Part shown: positions 17,310 to 26,814 of the stretch, in pieces
How positions within the stretch are numbered: position 1 is the stretch's first letter
Layout of the letters: each line of letters begins with the position of its first letter
NCBI GenBank assembly: GCA_003231975.1
Contig: QIKW01000270.1
Location: forward strand, 1-61,083
Direction: 5' to 3'
Length of the DNA: 61,083 bases
From: Acidimicrobiia bacterium
GTDB lineage: Bacteria > Actinomycetota > Acidimicrobiia > Acidimicrobiales > SZUA-35
The notes under the pieces: model-generated
Seen by the model: only the letters and a program-made list of their open reading frames with translations
The model's database searches: none
Told to the model about the DNA's origin: nothing
Position numbers and translations under genes: made by a program

Positions 17310-18354
17310 TTAGGGGCCGGTGAAACCCTGCAGGTCGTCGCTGTCCAAGAATTGATCTACCTGTTGGCCAAAACGGTCTGCATCGCCCCGCTCCTCGGAA
17401 CTCTGAGGTTCCCGAAGCTTGGGTGCCTCGCAACAAAAGCCCGGCCGCAAACTCCAGTTTGAACGACAGCCTGGTAAGCGAATGCAGGTTGTAGCGGTTG
17501 AAAAAACCGGATTGAGAGTAGAAGCCTTTGGCCCGCTCAACATCTCGGTACACCAACACGTTCTCCCACGGAACAAAGGCATCTTCGAACACCACAACGG
17601 CGTCGTTCTCGTCGAAACGGCTGGCCAACGGTGCCTCGAAAGGGCTTTGTGCTTTGGCTTCATAGGAAGGCCTTGAAATCAACTTGACCCCTGGCGCGTT
17701 CATCTCGGTTATGAACACGAGCGCCGTGTCGTCGTCTCGGCCCGCTTCCATCCTGGCCGACACGCCGCTGTTTACAGCAACGAAGGTGGCGTGGGTGAGA
17801 GCCGAGCCGGTGGCAACCATTTTGGCCCCGGACACATACATCCCGTTGTCGTCCGACCGATCCGTCGTGACAAAGACGTCTCGTACATCGCTTCGGTCTC
17901 GGCCTCGGTCAACCGGAGGGTCGATTAGAACATGGTTCAGGAAAAGCACCTGCGAGGCGCTCTTCTTATACCACGCAAGGGCGCTGTCTCCGAAGTCTCC
18001 ATAGAAGCTGTGGCCTTCGGCCAGCTGAGCCAGGAAGGCCGCCTTGTAGTCTGGGGTGCGGCTCATCCAGCCATGGGTCATCTGTTGCCATGTGGCAATG
18101 GCGGTGCGGCCCGCGCCAAGATCGGCCGCTGAATATGCGGGTGCGTAGAAAGAATGGGTGAGCTGGCCGAAGCGATCAACCCGGGTGAGGCTGGGGGCTG
18201 TTTCGGGATCGTGAAGTGCGTCGTACAACCCGGCGATGGTTCGAGCCGAGTTGGCGAACGCCGGGTGGGTGGTGACGTCTGGCACCTTCTCGCCGTCGTA
18301 CCAAACCTCGCGGCCATCCTGAAGGCTGGCCAGATAGCTCTCGCCGGTGAGCAT
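17310..18354 (-). pseudogene. hpaB: 4-hydroxyphenylacetate 3-hydroxylase-family flavin monooxygenase with an internal deletion and frameshift
   Basis: About 320 codons of clear HpaB (TGESYLASLQDGR, SRTPDYKA, SGAKMVATG, RFDENDA) up to EFRG, then a 28-codon HpaB-like C-terminus in another frame ending at TAA 17310. Confidence 0.8.
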
Positions 18355-18358
18355 GTCG

Positions 18359-19840
18359 TTAGAGAAGGTCAAAATACTCTTCCTGTTCCCAGTCGGTCAC
18401 AGCCGAGAGGAAGCGGCTCCACTCGTTCTGCTTGATAGCAACCAGGTAGTCAACAAACGGATCGCCAAGGACCTCTCGATAGAACGAACTGGCGGCAAAG
18501 GCTTCAATTGCATCTCCCAGGTTGCGGTGCAATCTTGGACCTGCGGCGTCTTGGTAGGGCAGGTCGGTTGGAGGAGGCGGCTCAGCCCCGGCTTGAATTC
18601 CTGCCAGCCCCGACAGCACCTGGGAAGCCAAGTACAGATACGGATTGGCGCCCGAGTCTCCCACCCGGTTCTCAACCCGCGTGGCTGGATCGTTGGCTCC
18701 CCCGACTATCCGCAGCATGGCGCCCCTATTTTCACACCCCCAGGCAATCCGATCTGGAGCCAGCGAATCTGGCCGGTACCGCTTGTATCCAGTGATCGTG
18801 GGGGTTGTCAGCAAACATGATTCGGCCGCTTTGGCAAGTAGCCCCGCCACATAGCTGGCTCCGAGAGAAGACAAAGGGCTGGAGCCATCGGTGGGCACAA
18901 ACAGGTTCTCGCCTGTTTGGCTATCCAACAACGACTGATGCAGGTGCCAGCCACTGGTGAAAGAGTTTGGCAGGTTCGGTCGGCTCATGAACGTTGCGTG
19001 CAGGCCGTTGCGGTGCGCTATCTGCTTTATGGCGGATCTCAGGAAAACGGCTTCGTCGGCCGGCACCAAACCAACTGATGGCGAGAACGTCAGCTCAACC
19101 TGGCTGGGGCCAAGCTCAAGCTCCATGGATCGAGGGGCCAGCCCAATGGCGCTGAGGTCGGCCCGCAGCAGTTCCAGGAATGGTTCGATCTTGTCTTGGC
19201 GGCCCTCCCCCAAGTACACATAACCAAGATGGCTGTGAGACAGCGCAAGGCGCTCAACCGCGCCCCGGGAATCGGTGACGCTCAAATGCGGGTTGTCGAC
19301 CTGGTACAGATGGAATTCGACCTCCAGCCCAGCCTGAAACTGGTAACCCAACTGATCCAGACGATCCACGGCGGCTCGATAGACGTGACGAGTGGACAAC
19401 CCAACCGGGTTGGCCTCCGGGGTGTACAGGTCACACAAGAGCCAGCCAGTGCCCCCCACCCACGGAAGAATCCGGAATGTAGAGGGATCGGGCAGCATCA
19501 TCACATCGCCCGCCCCGGTCATCGAAGGTTCACCAACGCCAGACCCCACCGCCCACACCGGATGCACGTTGTTCTGGGCGGTGTCCTTCATAAGAAGGGC
19601 GCTGGTGATACCGACCCCGTTCTCCATGAGACCAGACAGAAGATCTGCCCGCAAAGTCTTGCCTCGAAGCATTCCGTGCTGATCGGCGAACGCCAGCCGC
19701 ACGCTGTGAAGGCCGGCGCTGTGTGCTTCGGCCAGAACCCCAGCCACCCGTTCTCGCCGCTCATCGGTGTCGACGCCCGCGGCTTCGGCCAGATTGGTCC
19801 GGCCCGTTTGACCAGGCGATGTCATCTCTTGATCCCACAT
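18359..19840 (-). CDS. Glutamine synthetase-like gamma-glutamyl ligase
   Basis: DQHGMLRGK, LEVEF, ELGPSQVE, SGWHLHQS, ENRGAMLR, RVENR; coupled to the Rieske gene by TGATG. Confidence 0.9.
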   Translation of the reverse strand: MWDQEMTSPGQTGRTNLAEAAGVDTDERRERVAGVLAEAHSAGLHSVRLAFADQHGMLRGKTLRADLLSGLMENGVGITSALLMKDTAQNNVHPVWAVGSGVGEPSMTGAGDVMMLPDPSTFRILPWVGGTGWLLCDLYTPEANPVGLSTRHVYRAAVDRLDQLGYQFQAGLEVEFHLYQVDNPHLSVTDSRGAVERLALSHSHLGYVYLGEGRQDKIEPFLELLRADLSAIGLAPRSMELELGPSQVELTFSPSVGLVPADEAVFLRSAIKQIAHRNGLHATFMSRPNLPNSFTSGWHLHQSLLDSQTGENLFVPTDGSSPLSSLGASYVAGLLAKAAESCLLTTPTITGYKRYRPDSLAPDRIAWGCENRGAMLRIVGGANDPATRVENRVGDSGANPYLYLASQVLSGLAGIQAGAEPPPPTDLPYQDAAGPRLHRNLGDAIEAFAASSFYREVLGDPFVDYLVAIKQNEWSRFLSAVTDWEQEEYFDLL

Positions 19841-21141
19841 CAGTCGGTTAGCGGCGGCGCCCAGCCAGAGATCTCGCGGCGTTCCCGATCTGCCTTGCGC
19901 CAGCAGGCATCGGGGGCTTCATCGGTGGCAACCGCGTCAATTGCGGCAGGCCCATGGCGCTGGGATGGATTGGATTTCCCAATCAGGTTGGGCTGGGACG
20001 GGTTCTCGGCCGCAGCAAGAAACAGCCGCCGATGCATGCGAATGCCAACATCGGAAGGGCTGAGATGTTCCTTGGTGCGGTCGGCGACGGCCCCCGGAGA
20101 CTCCACGGCCCACTGGTCGTGGACGTTGATGTCTGGACCCATCCCGGTGAAGGTCTTCGTTCGCTGTTCCACAGGATCGAATCCCCAGTTGTTGGTTTTG
20201 CCTATCTTTGGCCGGTAGGACGGCAGCTCAACAGCCCCAATTCGCTGTCGCCGCATCTTTGATGAATCAACGGGCTGTCCGTAGCTGACAAACATTGCGT
20301 ACCAGTAACACGAGGTGTCATCGATCGGCACATGCCATTGGGTGATCGATATCTCGCCGCTCATCGGAATGGTGATTGCGTTTGGGAACACGCAGTTGGT
20401 GATCCGGACGTGGGTGAACTGGTTCTGAAAGTTCCGGAGGGCAGTCAGGCGGAAACCGAACCCGGTTGGCTGAACGGTTACCACCGGGTTGGGCACCTCC
20501 CTGAGCAGCTTCGTTGATGCCAGGCCCGTATTCGCCAGCTGGGCCCTGAACTGGAGCCCGTACTGCTCGTCTTCGTCTTCCAGGAAGCGGTGGAGAAAGG
20601 AGGCATGCGATGGATCGATGCCAACCTCTTGGGCCTGGAACCAATTGCAGGCCCAGAGGCCCTTGAACGCAAAGACCTGCTGGCCAGGAGCTTCCAAGCA
20701 ATCCAAGGAGGCAAGCGGAGGCGCATCACCTTCGCCAAGCCAGGCCCAGATGATCCCGTTCCGTTCCAAGACGGGGTAGCTGGGCTGACACACGCGAGAT
20801 TTGAGAACGCTGCCTTCGGGCTCGGCCGGTGTGTCAAGGCAGCGACCGTCGACATCAAAGAGCCAGCCGTGGAAGGTGCAGCGCAGGCCACCATCTTCGG
20901 GCCTACCAAACGAAAGGTCTACGCCCCGGTGCGGACAGGCCCGGTCAAGAAGGCCCAGCCGCCCCGCCTGGTCCCTGAAGAGGACGAAGTTCTCGCCAAG
21001 CAGGCGAACCGACACCACCGGGCGCTCGCCGTCCAACTCTTCGGCCAGGGCAGCGGGCTGCCAGTACTGGCGGAGCACAAACCCCCCAGCCGTTCGGGGG
21101 CCTGATTCGGTGAGAAGCCGGTTCTGGCGAGCATCAATCAA
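19840..21141 (-). CDS. Rieske aromatic oxygenase alpha subunit (phthalate dioxygenase/LigXa-like)
   Basis: CPH..CTFH Rieske motif; DPSHASFLH and HDQWAVES iron site; TTG 21141 after AAAGGGG. Confidence 0.92.
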   Translation of the reverse strand: MIDARQNRLLTESGPRTAGGFVLRQYWQPAALAEELDGERPVVSVRLLGENFVLFRDQAGRLGLLDRACPHRGVDLSFGRPEDGGLRCTFHGWLFDVDGRCLDTPAEPEGSVLKSRVCQPSYPVLERNGIIWAWLGEGDAPPLASLDCLEAPGQQVFAFKGLWACNWFQAQEVGIDPSHASFLHRFLEDEDEQYGLQFRAQLANTGLASTKLLREVPNPVVTVQPTGFGFRLTALRNFQNQFTHVRITNCVFPNAITIPMSGEISITQWHVPIDDTSCYWYAMFVSYGQPVDSSKMRRQRIGAVELPSYRPKIGKTNNWGFDPVEQRTKTFTGMGPDINVHDQWAVESPGAVADRTKEHLSPSDVGIRMHRRLFLAAAENPSQPNLIGKSNPSQRHGPAAIDAVATDEAPDACWRKADRERREISGWAPPLTD

Positions 21142-21175
21142 TCGACCGGCCCCTTTCGTGGTTTGGAGCCCAGAG

Positions 21176-22039
21176 CTACTTGTCTGACCCCAATGCGAAG
21201 CCTGCCATGAACGGCTTCTGGAGCGCGATGAAAACAATGGCTGGCGGAATCGAGACAATGAGGGCTGCCAACATCAAGGGGCCGAATGAGAACCCGGTGT
21301 CTAGTGTCTGGAGGCCCTGTAGTCCAACCTGCACAACTTGTTTGTCTGCATCAGAAATGATCAACACCGGCCAGAGGTACATGTTCCAAACAAACACAAA
21401 CTGAATCACCGCTAGGGCCCCGATTACGTTCCAAGACAACGGGATCAGAATCTTGAACAGGAACTGAAGCGGCGAAGCCCCGTCGATTTGGGATGCCTCG
21501 GAGAGGTCTCTCGGCAGGTTGGCGAAGTGCTGGCGAAACAGGAAGGCGCCAGTGGCTGAGGCGGCGAACGGAATCACAAGGCCAGCCATCGAATCCTTCC
21601 AGCCAAGGCTGGAAACAATGCGGAACAAGGCCAGGATCATCACTTCTGTTGGCATCATCAGGGTGATCAGAACGAAGAAGAAGACCAACCATTTGCCCCG
21701 GAAGCTGAAATACACAAACGCCAGGCCAGCCAGCAACGACAACACCGTCTTTGCAACCGTGATCAGAGTGGCCTGAAGCAGCGAGTTCCACATCAAGCGA
21801 CCAAGGTTTCTGCCGCTCCACACCTGCTCGAAGTGCGTGGCCAGCCCAGTTCCCGGCGTGAGCTGAAAGCTGAAGATTTCGGCGTTGGTCTGGGTTGCCA
21901 CCAGGGCTGCGTACAGCAGCGGAAACAGAATCAACAGCATTGAGAACCAAATGCCGAAGTGCTTCGGCCAGGACCGGCCCCTGATCAGCCCAGGCTTGCC
22001 AACCTGGAGCGACAGCCCGGCCTTATTATGCGCTGCCAT
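21176..22039 (-). CDS. ugpE: CUT1 ABC permease, UgpE-like
   Basis: FLFRQHF..EASQIDGA, WNMYLWP. Confidence 0.85.
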   Translation of the reverse strand: MAAHNKAGLSLQVGKPGLIRGRSWPKHFGIWFSMLLILFPLLYAALVATQTNAEIFSFQLTPGTGLATHFEQVWSGRNLGRLMWNSLLQATLITVAKTVLSLLAGLAFVYFSFRGKWLVFFFVLITLMMPTEVMILALFRIVSSLGWKDSMAGLVIPFAASATGAFLFRQHFANLPRDLSEASQIDGASPLQFLFKILIPLSWNVIGALAVIQFVFVWNMYLWPVLIISDADKQVVQVGLQGLQTLDTGFSFGPLMLAALIVSIPPAIVFIALQKPFMAGFALGSDK

Positions 22040-23372
22040 AGCTGATCTTCCCCTCTGATTGGCGGAACTGCCAGGCGGTTAGGCCAATTACCGCCAGGAA
22101 CAACACCACAGATTGGGCGGCTCCTCGCCCAAGCTGGCCTGTTTCGATACCAACACGAATGATCTCATAAATCGAAACCGACGTTGCCCCGGCCGGAGCG
22201 CCCTTGGTGAGGAAGTCAATGGTTCCATACACATCAAAGAACGAAAAAGTTAGGTTGGTGATCAGCAAGAAAAAGGCGATTGGGCCAAGGGCTGGCATCA
22301 CAATCCGCCGGAACCTCTGTAGCGAGTTGGCTCCATCTATGGCCGCAGCCTCAATTTGTTCTCGAGGCACAGTTTGAAGCCCGGCTAAGAAGAACAGCAG
22401 GTTGTAGCCAATCAGCTTCCAAACCGAGGCCAAGATGATTGCCAGCCGGGCCAGGGTGGCGTTGGTTGAGTAGTTCGGGAAGTTGAAACCAAACCAGTTG
22501 TCGGCCACTGCGGCAAAAATCCCGCCGGTTGCGTCGAACATCATGAAGAACAAGATCCCTGCCACCGGTGGCGAGATGGCGTAAGGCCAAATCAGTAAGG
22601 TTCGGTAAACCGTGATACCCCGCACGTGACCGAAGGTGAGGTAGGCCAGGCCAAGGCCAATCACCATGCTGAGAATCACAATGCTTGATGAGATGATCAG
22701 GGTGTTCAGGTAGATCAGCTGGTAGCCACCGTTTTCGCTCTCGAAGATGAAGTAGAGCGAAAAGAGAAACAGGAGGATGCCGAACGGCCGGATAACCCTG
22801 GTGAACCCGTGGGCCGCAGAACCCGGCTCTGAGCGGCGATGCCAGAGCCCAACACCCCAAATCACCGCAACCGAAGTGAGCGGGAGCATCACCAAAAGAG
22901 CTGGGCTGGTAATCAGCAGTTCTGAGAAATTCTGGAGGCACCTGTCTCGAACAATCGGCGTGCCAAGCCGGGTGAGCTTGGTTGACAACGTGAACGTTTG
23001 GTAAGCCGGGAGATACAAGAAGAACACCAGGATCACCAGCGTTGGTGACAGCAAGATCCAGGGCCAGTACCAGCCAAGTTTGAAACTACCGGTTCGAATA
23101 TCGCCACTGCCAAGGTCAGCCGATTTCTGGCCAAGCACCGCCTTGGCACCAGCCCCGAACATCCAGGCGAAGGCGCCCGCTAGCACAACTCCCAGAACTG
23201 CCTGGGTTGACTCCACCTCGGAGCCAAACATGCAGAACCGAAGCGAGCCCAAGATCAGCGAGGCCCCTAAAACCCCAAGGGCAGCCCCCACAGCACCTCC
23301 TCGCATGGTCCTGGAACCAAACGAGAAGGCGCCGATCGCTATTGCGACCAGGAAGCTAGCAATAAGGGCCAT
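22026..23372 (-). CDS. ugpA: CUT1 ABC permease, UgpA-like, with extra TM segments
   Basis: LLIWPYAISP, GYNLLFFLAGLQ, EAAAIDGA. Confidence 0.85.
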   Translation of the reverse strand: MALIASFLVAIAIGAFSFGSRTMRGGAVGAALGVLGASLILGSLRFCMFGSEVESTQAVLGVVLAGAFAWMFGAGAKAVLGQKSADLGSGDIRTGSFKLGWYWPWILLSPTLVILVFFLYLPAYQTFTLSTKLTRLGTPIVRDRCLQNFSELLITSPALLVMLPLTSVAVIWGVGLWHRRSEPGSAAHGFTRVIRPFGILLFLFSLYFIFESENGGYQLIYLNTLIISSSIVILSMVIGLGLAYLTFGHVRGITVYRTLLIWPYAISPPVAGILFFMMFDATGGIFAAVADNWFGFNFPNYSTNATLARLAIILASVWKLIGYNLLFFLAGLQTVPREQIEAAAIDGANSLQRFRRIVMPALGPIAFFLLITNLTFSFFDVYGTIDFLTKGAPAGATSVSIYEIIRVGIETGQLGRGAAQSVVLFLAVIGLTAWQFRQSEGKISYGSA

Positions 23373-23387
23373 TTCTGCGGCTGGCTA

Positions 23388-24875
23388 TCAGCCGCCAAAC
23401 AGCTCGTTGTAGTCGTCCAGGAGGCCCTGGGCTTCTTTCTGAGCCGACTCCATGCGCACATCGACATCGACATCGTTAACCAGGATGTCTTCGATTGCCA
23501 ATGTGACGACATCTCGGATTGCAACAAAGTTGCCAAGCAGGGCGCCGGTGGAGGCCGGAGTGTCTGCTGCGGCATCAAGCTGTTCTGAAGCAACCGCTGA
23601 GTTCGGGCTCTCGTCGTACCAACCCTCGGACTCAAGCAACGCTGTTGCTTCATTGGTGATTGGGATGTAGCCAGTGACCTTGTGCCACGAGGCCGCGTTC
23701 TCTGGGTTGGAGAAGAAGTTCATGAACGCTAGGGCGCCGTCTTCTTCCTCGGGCGAGAGGCCGTTGGTCATCCAGAGTGTGGCTCCACCAATCAGGTTGC
23801 CGACATACGGGCGATCCTGGTTGTAGGGCATGAACGAGGTGCGAACATCGAACCCGTTGGCTGTGGCGTCGTCGGTGATCACTGTTGTGTCAGACGATGA
23901 GTAAACCAGCATTGCCACGTTCTGTGAGTTAAACGCAGCCGCGGTGCCGCCCCAGTCGCGCTGGGTGCCGGTGTAGACGTAGGCGCCGGAATCCTCAAGA
24001 TCGCTCCACCACTGGACGTAGTCGATGGCAGCTTCGGAGTTCAGGATGACCTCGGTGGCCCGGGCAGAGCGTCCGTTGTCGTTGTTGGCCAGATCGGCTC
24101 CGGCCTGACCAAGTGACTGCTCGAAGAACCAACCGTGGTTGGGCCAGGTGATGCAGTTGTCTGGCCCGTCGGCGAGAGCCGCTATTGCCGTGCATGCGGC
24201 CTCGACGCCTTCCCATGTGGTTGGCGGCTCGGTGATTCCAGCTGCGCTGAGGATGTCCATATTGGAGAACATGGTTGTGGAGGATGTGTTCCACGGCATC
24301 GAGAACAGCTCGTCGTTGATTGTGTAGTACTTGCTTGCGGCCGAAACCACATCGCCAAGAACTACCGGCTCACCAAGAATCTCGGTTCGGCCTGCTACGG
24401 CTTCGGTGACCGACTTGAAGATCGGGTCTCCGTTGCTATCGATGGCGTCAAGTGCATCTTGGGTGGCAGCTTCGAAGAAGTGAATTATTTCGGGCGGGCT
24501 ACCGTCTTCGATGGCAAGCGCCGTCTGCTCAAACACCGTGTTGTAGGAATCGAACGGGGTGACAACAACGTTGTACCCAGACTGCCTGGCGTTGAACTCC
24601 GCAGCCCGATCCTGTGTGAAGTTCAGCCGGGCGTCGTCGCTGAAGGCAATCCACATCTCGATTTCGATGACATCATCCATTGCCTCCCCTTCTTCGTCAT
24701 CCATTGCCTCCCCTTCTTCGTCATCCATGGCGTCGCCCTCTTCGTCATCCATGGCGTCGCCCTCACCATCGGCCGGTGCTTCGGTTGAGTCAGGCGTTCC
24801 CGCAGACTCCTCCTCAGAGCTGCAGGCGGCAGCCACCAGGGCCATCGCAAACAGTAGTGCCAGTAACTTCTTCAC
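23388..24875 (-). CDS. ugpB: CUT1 substrate-binding lipoprotein, UgpB-like (glycerol-3-phosphate/glycerophosphodiester)
   Basis: Lipobox AAAC; SMPWNTSST, IGGATLW, WHKVTGYIP. Confidence 0.85.
   Translation of the reverse strand: MKKLLALLFAMALVAAACSSEEESAGTPDSTEAPADGEGDAMDDEEGDAMDDEEGEAMDDEEGEAMDDVIEIEMWIAFSDDARLNFTQDRAAEFNARQSGYNVVVTPFDSYNTVFEQTALAIEDGSPPEIIHFFEAATQDALDAIDSNGDPIFKSVTEAVAGRTEILGEPVVLGDVVSAASKYYTINDELFSMPWNTSSTTMFSNMDILSAAGITEPPTTWEGVEAACTAIAALADGPDNCITWPNHGWFFEQSLGQAGADLANNDNGRSARATEVILNSEAAIDYVQWWSDLEDSGAYVYTGTQRDWGGTAAAFNSQNVAMLVYSSSDTTVITDDATANGFDVRTSFMPYNQDRPYVGNLIGGATLWMTNGLSPEEEDGALAFMNFFSNPENAASWHKVTGYIPITNEATALLESEGWYDESPNSAVASEQLDAAADTPASTGALLGNFVAIRDVVTLAIEDILVNDVDVDVRMESAQKEAQGLLDDYNELFGG
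24672..24765. repeat. 24-bp tandem repeat encoding (EG[D/E]AMDDE)x4 in the lipoprotein linker
   Basis: TCTTCGTCATCCAT(T/G)GC periodicity. Confidence 0.9.
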
Positions 24876-24986
24876 GTGAATACCTCAAATCTTGTTCGTT
24901 AGTCGGTAAGACCGTAACAGATCTCTCACGTATCAGTGGGCAGGTTGTGGCCAAGCTACGAACTCGTGACGTTCTGACATGGGCCG

Positions 24987-25184
24987 CTACTCGTCGTCAT
25001 CACAGCCGCCATCACGGTCGTCCCTCAAGAACTCATTGAGCGCTGGGGTTGGCCCGGGTGGTTCGACCGACCGGAGCGCAGCGGCAGCCTCAGCCAAACC
25101 AACGACGACTGGATGTCCGGCCAACTCGGGCTCAACCGTGCCTTCCAATCCCTTGTTGAGGTGCCCCGCCGAAAGATCTCTCAT
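24987..25184 (-). CDS. Short acidic protein downstream of the ECF sigma, a possible soluble or truncated anti-sigma
   Basis: 65 aa ORF 30 bp after the sigma stop, preceded by an ECF-like promoter; no TM helix. Confidence 0.5.
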   Translation of the reverse strand: MRDLSAGHLNKGLEGTVEPELAGHPVVVGLAEAAAALRSVEPPGPTPALNEFLRDDRDGGCDDDE

Positions 25185-25195
25185 ATTGGCCGGAT

Positions 25196-25222
25196 GAACG
25201 GATTCCGATCCGGTCAGGAAAC
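25196..25222 (-). promoter_or_regulatory. ECF-type promoter GTTTCC-N16-CGTTC overlapping the 3' end of the sigma gene
   Basis: Spacing and -10 element are typical of ECF promoters; 11 nt upstream of ATG 25184. Confidence 0.5.
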
Positions 25223-25771
25223 CACCTGCGAAGCGATTTCTTTATGAAGACGTCGGAGGCCGCGACGCTGCAGAGCCTTCACCGCCGAGACTGGCTTTCC
25301 TACGACGCTAGCAACCTGTTCCAGGCTCAGATCGGCGATCATCCGCAAGGCAACGACCTCTCGCTGCTGAATCGTCAAGACATTCAGAAGCTCCAGCGCG
25401 TCCGCAGTTCCCAGCCGAGCAAGAGCTTCGACTTCAGCTGACGGATGGGGCAGAACCGACACTGATTCGTCAGCCAACTTCGGCCTGCGTTCTCTGGCGC
25501 GGTGAGCGTCCACCAGGTGATTCCTGGCGATAGCGAAAACCCATCGCGTAAAGCCCGCCTCATCACCCTCAAACGAATCAAGGCTGCGAAACACACGCAA
25601 CAACACCTCGTTGGCTACCGCATCGGCATCTTCGGTACCACGCACCAGAGCGAACGCCTTGACCCTTCCCGCATAAGAACGGTACAACCGGTCAAAGGCA
25701 TCGCTATCGCCTTGAAGGGCCGCAGCCAAGACAAGCTCGAACGACGAACCGAGGCCCCCTACCTCAGTCAC
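25214..25771 (-). CDS. ECF sigma-70 factor
   Basis: GDSDAFDRLY, WVFAIARNHLVD, QQREVVALR, AVKALQRRGLRRL; coupled by TAGTG to the upstream kinase. Confidence 0.93.
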   Translation of the reverse strand: MTEVGGLGSSFELVLAAALQGDSDAFDRLYRSYAGRVKAFALVRGTEDADAVANEVLLRVFRSLDSFEGDEAGFTRWVFAIARNHLVDAHRARERRPKLADESVSVLPHPSAEVEALARLGTADALELLNVLTIQQREVVALRMIADLSLEQVASVVGKPVSAVKALQRRGLRRLHKEIASQVVS

Positions 25772-26814
25772 TAGCGCAGCGGGGCGGCGAATTCGCCCCG
25801 GTCGGGGCTATGCCTCAATGGTTGCGCATCGGGAAGAGCCTCGCACACGGCCTGTGCCGCCAACAGTTCGCTTGTCTGTTTTCCAACGTCACGAAACCGG
25901 TAGAGCGCTGCCAGCCGAAGCCACGTGTGGCGCTGGACGGTTCGTACTGTTTCCAGATCGATGAGGCGAACCTCGCGGTAGCCATCCAGAAATGCTGAAA
26001 CCTGGCCAGCGGCCAGCTTCGGCGCCAGCCCAGCCTGGATTTTGCGAAGCACCAGATGGGCTGCGAGGTTGCCAACATCAACTTCGCCAGCCCCGGTGGT
26101 CAGACCGTCCATGTCTATGACTGCGACCGAGTCGTGACTCAGGATCAGGTTCTTGTCATGGAGATCGCCGTGAACCACTGCACGCCCACGGAAATTCGGC
26201 TGCGGCAGTTCAGCCAGCAAGCGCCGGAGCGTTGCCGCCCATTCCGGGTCGGCGCGGGCCGTTGTGTCCAACCAACTCTGGTCTGCTCCTTTGTCACCGG
26301 GGGTAAGGCCCGGCGGTGGAACGTGGCTGTGAATCTTGCCGAGCGTTCGACCAACAGCTCGAAGCTGATCTGCGGTGACGGTGTCTCCAGCAAGGAGTTC
26401 ATTGAGGGAAGGCCCCACTATGGCCGACAACTCAATCCTGCCGTCGCGGTGGACCGAAAGAACCTTCGGTGCCGCGATTCCCAGCGATTCAGCCAACTGA
26501 TGGCGATGCGCAACTGCCTCCACCCGTGAGGCTCTGAGCACCTTGATGAAGCGGCCTCGTTTCGCAACTACTGCCCTTCGGTTATGGCGATACGAAACCA
26601 GCTGGCCCCCTTCGGCAAGAGCGGGGCCCAGACCGGGAAGAGCTTTGTCGGCCAACGGATTGACCGGAACCACCAAACCAGTCTCGGGCCAGAGAGTGCC
26701 CCACTTGGATTTGTCAGTAACGGTCCAGTGGCCGCGCCGCTTTGGATAGGTGATCGGCCACTCCTGAAGCCACGGAGCAGCGGAAGCAATTGGCGGGCGA
26801 CGGGTGGCGCTCAT
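25771..26814 (-). CDS. APH/choline-kinase-like phosphotransferase
   Basis: HGDLHDKN and IDMD. Confidence 0.88.
   Translation of the reverse strand: MSATRRPPIASAAPWLQEWPITYPKRRGHWTVTDKSKWGTLWPETGLVVPVNPLADKALPGLGPALAEGGQLVSYRHNRRAVVAKRGRFIKVLRASRVEAVAHRHQLAESLGIAAPKVLSVHRDGRIELSAIVGPSLNELLAGDTVTADQLRAVGRTLGKIHSHVPPPGLTPGDKGADQSWLDTTARADPEWAATLRRLLAELPQPNFRGRAVVHGDLHDKNLILSHDSVAVIDMDGLTTGAGEVDVGNLAAHLVLRKIQAGLAPKLAAGQVSAFLDGYREVRLIDLETVRTVQRHTWLRLAALYRFRDVGKQTSELLAAQAVCEALPDAQPLRHSPDRGEFAAPLR

Noticed and set aside
18359..19840. Housekeeping glutamine synthetase glnA
   Set aside because: It is divergent in the ammonium-binding region and embedded between aromatic oxygenases, which fits a gamma-glutamyl ligase better.
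19196..20218. 340-aa plus-strand ORF and similar long shadow ORFs (e.g. 28815-29675, 44162-44908, 4318-4833 with His-rich repeats)
   Set aside because: They overlap well-supported genes in antisense or alternative frames, as expected at high GC. The His-rich text is just the antisense of the Met repeat.
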